Positions 37,720-42,743 of a stretch of DNA of 42,743 nt are shown piece by piece. Position 1 is the first letter of the stretch. The number at the start of each line of letters is the position of its first letter. Location of the stretch: sequence record SRR20825006_219; one strand, written 5' to 3'. The position numbers were made by a program, and so were the translations under genes. The notes below the pieces were generated by a model. The model did not search any database, was not told where the DNA came from, and saw nothing but the letters and a program-made list of their open reading frames with translations.

Positions 37720-39633
37720 TTAAACCGCGATTTTACTCTTTGAGGTAGGGAATTTCAGTACCACGCTTGTTCCAGCATCACTTGGTTTGATTTCAACATC
37801 GCCACCAATGTCGCGTGCTCGTTTTTTCATGTTTGCTAAACCCGAGTTAGTTCCTTCTCCTCCAGCTTTAAACGTTCCGTTGTCTGTAATCGTGATTATT
37901 GCATTACTACTGTCCGTTTCGGCAACAAGCTTAACTTCCGAAGCCCCTGCATGCTTTATAATATTCTGTATAGCTTCTTGAATAATCCTGAAGATATTAA
38001 GCGATTGAGAGGGCGTGAGGTCTAGTTCTGCCAAGCTATCAATACTTGTTGTTACTTGAAGTTCAGATATACTTTCAACTTTTTGGAGATACGTATTCAA
38101 ATGCTCAATCAATGATTCTGGTGTATTTTCTTCTGATTTTAGTGCCCAAATTGTATCTCTTAATTGACCGATAGATGTTTGCGCTTCATCCTTTAGAGAG
38201 CCCAAAACCCGTAAGGCTTGATCTTCCTTTTCCTTCTTCCGGTAACGATCAAAAAGATCTAATCCCGAAATAATATTTATCAACTGGGCACCAACATTAT
38301 CATGCAAATCTCTTGAGATACGTTCACGTTCGGTTTGGATTTTTTTGTCCACCTCAAGTTGTTCTACTTTAAAGGCTAACTCACGCTGCTTCACCTTACT
38401 TTGCCACAAGAATCCCGCAATAATCAATAGGAACAAAGAAGCTCCCAAGCCATACTGCAAAACTCTATTCTTTTGAATTGTTAACTCCTGAAGTGCTTTT
38501 TCTTTTTCTAGCTCTACAATCTGTTTTCCCTTCTTTTCATCTTCGTAAAGTGCTTCTAACTCTGCTATATTTTTAAGATTCTCTTCATTTATGATTTCAT
38601 CTTTTAGCACTTCGTATTCGCCCTGAACCTCAAACGCTTTTTTATAATTGTTACGCAATGCATTGGCTAGCGACACTTGCTTCAGCAATTTCATTTCGAT
38701 GTACGGGTCTTTTATTTCTCTCGCATCCGCTAAACCTTCATTCGCATACCTCAGCGCTTCTGTACTGTTATTAAGTTCAACATAAGCTAGCGCTAGATTT
38801 ACATTAGCTTGCGTTAAGAGACGTTTGTTTCCCATCTCTTTACCAATGGCGTATGCTTGCAAAAAATACTCAACGGATTCACTGAACCGCGCTCTCTTTA
38901 TGTAGATAGTTCCTACATTTATGGCATTACTTGCACCTCCTAATTTATTACCATTTTGTAAATGCAATTTTCTAGCTTCATCCAAATAGGTAACAGCTTC
39001 CAAGTCTTTGCCAGCTGCATTTAAAATTGCTCCCAAGTTCTGGTTCGCACTCGCAATCTCCAGTTTGTCCTTCGAAAGTTCAGCGTTCTCTAAATACTTT
39101 TCCATATACGGAATGGCCTCATCAAATCTTCTCTGGTAATAATACACCGAGCCAACCATGTTGTACACAATTGCCATACCTTTATAGTCGTCCACTTCTT
39201 CAAAAACTCGAGCTGCTTCCAGCGAGTATTCTATAGTCTTTTCAAACTCGCCTAATTCTCTATAACTCATTCCAATATTTAGCGTGTTTTTAGCAAGCTC
39301 TAGCTTATTATCTAACCGTTTATTGATTGCAGCAGCTTTTGAATAATGAAATATGGAGCTGTCTTGCTTCGAAGAACGGAAATAGTAAACCCCTAAGTAT
39401 TTATGAGCGCTCGCCATATTCGGATCGTTCTCTAGCTCTTCAGCAATATCCAGAAGTAAACGGGCACTATCAGGAATAGCATCCCAGTTTGTACCATAGT
39501 TTGCTTCAATAAAAGCCACAATGCTATCAGCACGAGCTTGTGTATAAGATTGACTTTGTACCACAACTGGGAAGAGAAGTATCATGACAATACCAACCAC
39601 CCCCCAACGTAAACTTCTAGCTAAACATGACAT
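37720..39633 (-). CDS. TPR-containing membrane sensor histidine kinase (HisKA_3/NarX-like)
   Basis: Periplasmic TPRs, TM helix, RERISRDLHD H-box, RIIQEAIQNIIKHA N-box and DNG. Confidence 0.9.
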   Translation of the reverse strand: MSCLARSLRWGVVGIVMILLFPVVVQSQSYTQARADSIVAFIEANYGTNWDAIPDSARLLLDIAEELENDPNMASAHKYLGVYYFRSSKQDSSIFHYSKAAAINKRLDNKLELAKNTLNIGMSYRELGEFEKTIEYSLEAARVFEEVDDYKGMAIVYNMVGSVYYYQRRFDEAIPYMEKYLENAELSKDKLEIASANQNLGAILNAAGKDLEAVTYLDEARKLHLQNGNKLGGASNAINVGTIYIKRARFSESVEYFLQAYAIGKEMGNKRLLTQANVNLALAYVELNNSTEALRYANEGLADAREIKDPYIEMKLLKQVSLANALRNNYKKAFEVQGEYEVLKDEIINEENLKNIAELEALYEDEKKGKQIVELEKEKALQELTIQKNRVLQYGLGASLFLLIIAGFLWQSKVKQRELAFKVEQLEVDKKIQTERERISRDLHDNVGAQLINIISGLDLFDRYRKKEKEDQALRVLGSLKDEAQTSIGQLRDTIWALKSEENTPESLIEHLNTYLQKVESISELQVTTSIDSLAELDLTPSQSLNIFRIIQEAIQNIIKHAGASEVKLVAETDSSNAIITITDNGTFKAGGEGTNSGLANMKKRARDIGGDVEIKPSDAGTSVVLKFPTSKSKIAV

Positions 39634-39825
39634 AATTTTGATGACTTTCTTAATAAGGCTCTTCTTTCGGAAGATTAATCTCTCTCAGCCAAATAAACAC
39701 ATTTTTATGGAATCCTCTTAATCAATTAGGTTAAATTATATTTAAGAACAGACGTACAAATCCCTTTTAATTCAGAAATAAAGGCTAGGGATATGTATTA
39801 TGTCAAAAATTCAAACACCTGAGAT

Positions 39826-41685
39826 ATGAGACATCTATTTATCACAATCAGTTTCTTAGCTTTAATTTCGCCTTTGCTTTCTGCTCAGCCTAAGGAAATT
39901 AAAGTAATTGATCCCCCTTTTTGGTGGACTTCCATGCCTGTGAATGAACTTCAATTACAGCTCTATGGCGAAGAACTTGGCCAATATACGGCCTCAACAA
40001 CATATGCTGGTGTTACTATCACCAAACAGGAGCAAGTAGACTCTCCCAACTACCTTTTTATTTATTTTGAAATTAGTCCGTCTGCAAAGGCAGGATTGAT
40101 ACCCATCAAACTTAAGCGTGGTAAAAAAGTAATTACCTTGAATTATGAATTAAAGACTCGTGATTCTAGCTCAAATAAAAACCAAGGTTTTGATGCCAGC
40201 GATGTTATTTACTTGATGATGCCCGATCGTTTTGCAAATGGAGATTCCACAAACGATTCTGTTCCTGGAATGCTTGAAAAAGCAAATCGTAATGATCCAA
40301 CAAAAAGACAAGGCGGCGATATTGCTGGTGTGATGCAACATTTAGATTACATTCAGGATTTGGGAATGACAGCCATCTGGTTTACTCCCATGTTCGAAAA
40401 CGATATGCCTCCAGAATATGGCGCATATCATGGTTATGCCGCAACCGATTTGTATAAAGTAGATCGCCGTTATGGCTCCAACAGCGATTACAAACACTTA
40501 GTTGATGCTGTACACAACCGAGGAATGAAAGTAATTATGGATATGATTCATAATCACATTGGAAGCAAGCATTGGTGGATGAAAGACCTCCCCACAAAAG
40601 ATTGGGTACACGATTTTGAGAAATACGGAACCACAAACTTCCGAGGAGCTGTGGCTTCAGATCCTTATGCATCTAAACACGACTCTGACCGATTAGTAAA
40701 TGGCTGGTTTGTAAAAGAAATGCCTGATTTGAACCAAGACAATCCACTGCTTGTAGATTATCTCATCCAAAACACTATCTGGTGGATTGAATATTCTGGC
40801 ATCGATGGCATCCGCATGGATACATACGTTTATCCTGATAAAGATTACATGGCGCTTTGGGCAAAGGAAGTATTGGAAGCTTATCCATCGTTTAATATTG
40901 TTGGCGAAGCTTGGGTTAACAATGTGCCATCTGAAGCCTATTGGCAATACGACAAACCAAATATGGATGACGGTTATAATTCCAATTTACCAAGCCTAAC
41001 CGATTTCCAATTCGCTTTTGCTGTAAGAAATGCTTTTACAGAAGACTTTGGTTGGAAAGAAGGATTAAGCCAGTTGTATTATCTGCTCTCGCAAGACTTT
41101 CTGTATGCAGACCCGATGCAGAATGTCACTTTCCTAGACAATCACGACATCAGTAGATTTTTTGAGCACATTGGCAAAGACAAAGCTCATTTTAAAATGG
41201 CTTATGCTTTTTTGATGACCACCCGAGGAATTCCACAAGTGTATTACGGAACCGAATTAATGATGGCGCACGAAAATCGTGGTGGCGATGACGAAGGTTG
41301 GCGACAAACAATGCCAGGTGGCTGGGCCGATGATGACCGAAGTGTTTTTACAAAAGAAGGCCGTACCGATACCGAAAATGAGATTTTCGATTATGTAACC
41401 GCTTTAACCACATGGCGCAAAAATGCCATTGCTATCCATCAAGGGAAACTCGTTCACTTTGTCCCAGAAAATAATGTGTACATTTACTTCCGTACTCATA
41501 AAGATCAAACCGTAATGGTTGTTATGAATGCTAATGAGAAGGCAAGCACCATTAATGTTAAACGACTTAATGAAATCTTAGGTTCGTTCTCCTTTGGAAC
41601 AAATGTACTATCTGGTGAAAAAATGAACGTAAACCAGAATTTTGAAGCAGCTGGAAAAACCACCAGTATTTGGGAGCTAAAATAA
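39826..41685 (+). CDS. secreted GH13 cyclomaltodextrinase/neopullulanase (SusA-like)
   Basis: IDPPFWW, IYLMMPDRFANG, YHGYA, MPDLN, GIRMDTY, VGEAW and DNHD motifs with a signal peptide. Confidence 0.9.
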   Translation: MRHLFITISFLALISPLLSAQPKEIKVIDPPFWWTSMPVNELQLQLYGEELGQYTASTTYAGVTITKQEQVDSPNYLFIYFEISPSAKAGLIPIKLKRGKKVITLNYELKTRDSSSNKNQGFDASDVIYLMMPDRFANGDSTNDSVPGMLEKANRNDPTKRQGGDIAGVMQHLDYIQDLGMTAIWFTPMFENDMPPEYGAYHGYAATDLYKVDRRYGSNSDYKHLVDAVHNRGMKVIMDMIHNHIGSKHWWMKDLPTKDWVHDFEKYGTTNFRGAVASDPYASKHDSDRLVNGWFVKEMPDLNQDNPLLVDYLIQNTIWWIEYSGIDGIRMDTYVYPDKDYMALWAKEVLEAYPSFNIVGEAWVNNVPSEAYWQYDKPNMDDGYNSNLPSLTDFQFAFAVRNAFTEDFGWKEGLSQLYYLLSQDFLYADPMQNVTFLDNHDISRFFEHIGKDKAHFKMAYAFLMTTRGIPQVYYGTELMMAHENRGGDDEGWRQTMPGGWADDDRSVFTKEGRTDTENEIFDYVTALTTWRKNAIAIHQGKLVHFVPENNVYIYFRTHKDQTVMVVMNANEKASTINVKRLNEILGSFSFGTNVLSGEKMNVNQNFEAAGKTTSIWELK

Positions 41686-41729
41686 ACCTCCTGCGTTCAT
41701 CTTAAACTAAACTTCATTCAAACTCATTC

Positions 41730-42641
41730 ATGAAACATTCCATTCGAGCCATTTTACTTTCTCTACTCTTTAGCTCAATAGTTACGGCTCAGATTACGTT
41801 GAGTTACCAAACAAAAGCAGGAGATGTCTACTCAACTACATTGTCGATGACACAGAATATCAAGCAATCTATGATGGGCACCGATCAAATTGCTGAGAAC
41901 GAGCAAATCATCAGTGTTGATTTTAAAACTAATGATTCTTCAGATGGACTTTTCACCTCAGATTTGCTGTACAAAAGAGTGATTATCAATCAAAACTCAC
42001 CAATGGGAACCACTGGCTTCGATTCACAAACCTCTGGAGATGATATTCCACCAGCTTTACGCGGCTACGCATCTCTTGTTGATAAAGGATATCAAATATC
42101 TTTTGATAAAACAGGCTCTGTTAAGTCTGTTTCTGGTGTAGAAACTATGATTACCTCAATGATTGACGAGCTTGAGTTGCCTACTGAAGCCGCAAAAACT
42201 CGTTTAAAAGCTAATCTAGCTTCCCAGTTTAACGATGAAACCATGCTGTCTCAAATTCAGAACGGATTTATTATCTATCCTAAAGGGAAAATTGATACGG
42301 GCGATACGTGGATGGAAGACCAATCAGTAACCTCTCCCTACCCGCTAAGTATCTCTACCACTTACACGCTTAATGATTATGACAAGGACTTTGCTTACAT
42401 CTCTGTTAGCTCAACCATTTCTACTGGAGAGAATAGTAACATGAGTGTGGAAGGCGCTGAGATAGAGTTTGATTTAGAGGGAACTCAAACTGGTAATATC
42501 AAAGTAGACCGTAAAACAGGCTTTATTTTGGAATCAAATCTAGAGCAAAACACTTCTGGGTTGATGAAGGTAATTGCGCCACAACAAATGGAAATCCCGA
42601 TGGAATTAAAAAGCATCGTTTCTATAAAAGGAGCTATTTAG
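41730..42641 (+). CDS. secreted hypothetical protein (DUF6263-like)
   Basis: Signal peptide, beta-rich sequence, YPKGKIDTGDTW and VDRKTG motifs. Confidence 0.7.
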   Translation: MKHSIRAILLSLLFSSIVTAQITLSYQTKAGDVYSTTLSMTQNIKQSMMGTDQIAENEQIISVDFKTNDSSDGLFTSDLLYKRVIINQNSPMGTTGFDSQTSGDDIPPALRGYASLVDKGYQISFDKTGSVKSVSGVETMITSMIDELELPTEAAKTRLKANLASQFNDETMLSQIQNGFIIYPKGKIDTGDTWMEDQSVTSPYPLSISTTYTLNDYDKDFAYISVSSTISTGENSNMSVEGAEIEFDLEGTQTGNIKVDRKTGFILESNLEQNTSGLMKVIAPQQMEIPMELKSIVSIKGAI

Positions 42642-42680
42642 TAATTCGTGGACTGTTTTAGACCCTAAAATATCTCGATC

Positions 42681-42701
42681 ATGCTGAACTTGTTTCAGCA
42701 T
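42681..42701. repeat. REP-like palindrome (may also act as a terminator)
   Basis: ATGCTGAA-CTTGT-TTCAGCAT perfect 8-bp stem, followed by CTTTT. Confidence 0.6.
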
Positions 42702-42718
42702 CTTTTATCCTCGTTATC

Positions 42719-42743
42719 CTCGTTCCGTAGCTCTGCTGCGGAA
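42719..42743. repeat. second REP-like hairpin, possibly truncated at the window edge
   Basis: CTCG-TTCCGTAG-CTCTG-CTGCGGAA (8-bp stem with one G-U pair). Confidence 0.5.

Overview
A gene-dense, AT-rich bacterial chromosomal window, most likely from an FCB-group organism (Balneolaceae/Rhodothermota-like). This taxonomy is an inference from the porX-tsaE pair, a QNYPNPFNP-type C-terminal sorting domain, TAnnTTTG promoter motifs and the protein families present. The window starts inside a minus-strand tRNA-Leu and holds about 40 intact CDSs: cutA, a crotonase, htrA, nrnA, thiN, a Pnu transporter, tsaE, porX, comEA, rluA, trhO, fahA, hemW, dsbA, nifS/nadC/nadA, two GH13 enzymes, a TetR-curA-yqhD-like redox module, two serine hydrolases, a TPR histidine kinase and others. 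No transposase, integrase, phage gene or CRISPR array was seen. The main points of interest are: (1) a three-gene PilV/MshD-PilW-PilX-like operon whose products lack canonical prepilin leaders; (2) a Bacillus-like nifS <> nadC-nadA cassette with no nadB and no niaR in the window; (3) an uncharacterised protein co-oriented with fahA that could fill the maleylacetoacetate isomerase step; (4) a duplicated palindromic TetR operator candidate; (5) a crotonase resembling ECHDC1; (6) an exported PqqB-like lipoprotein with an altered metal motif; (7) REP-like palindromes at the right edge. All family assignments come from recognised motifs, not database searches.
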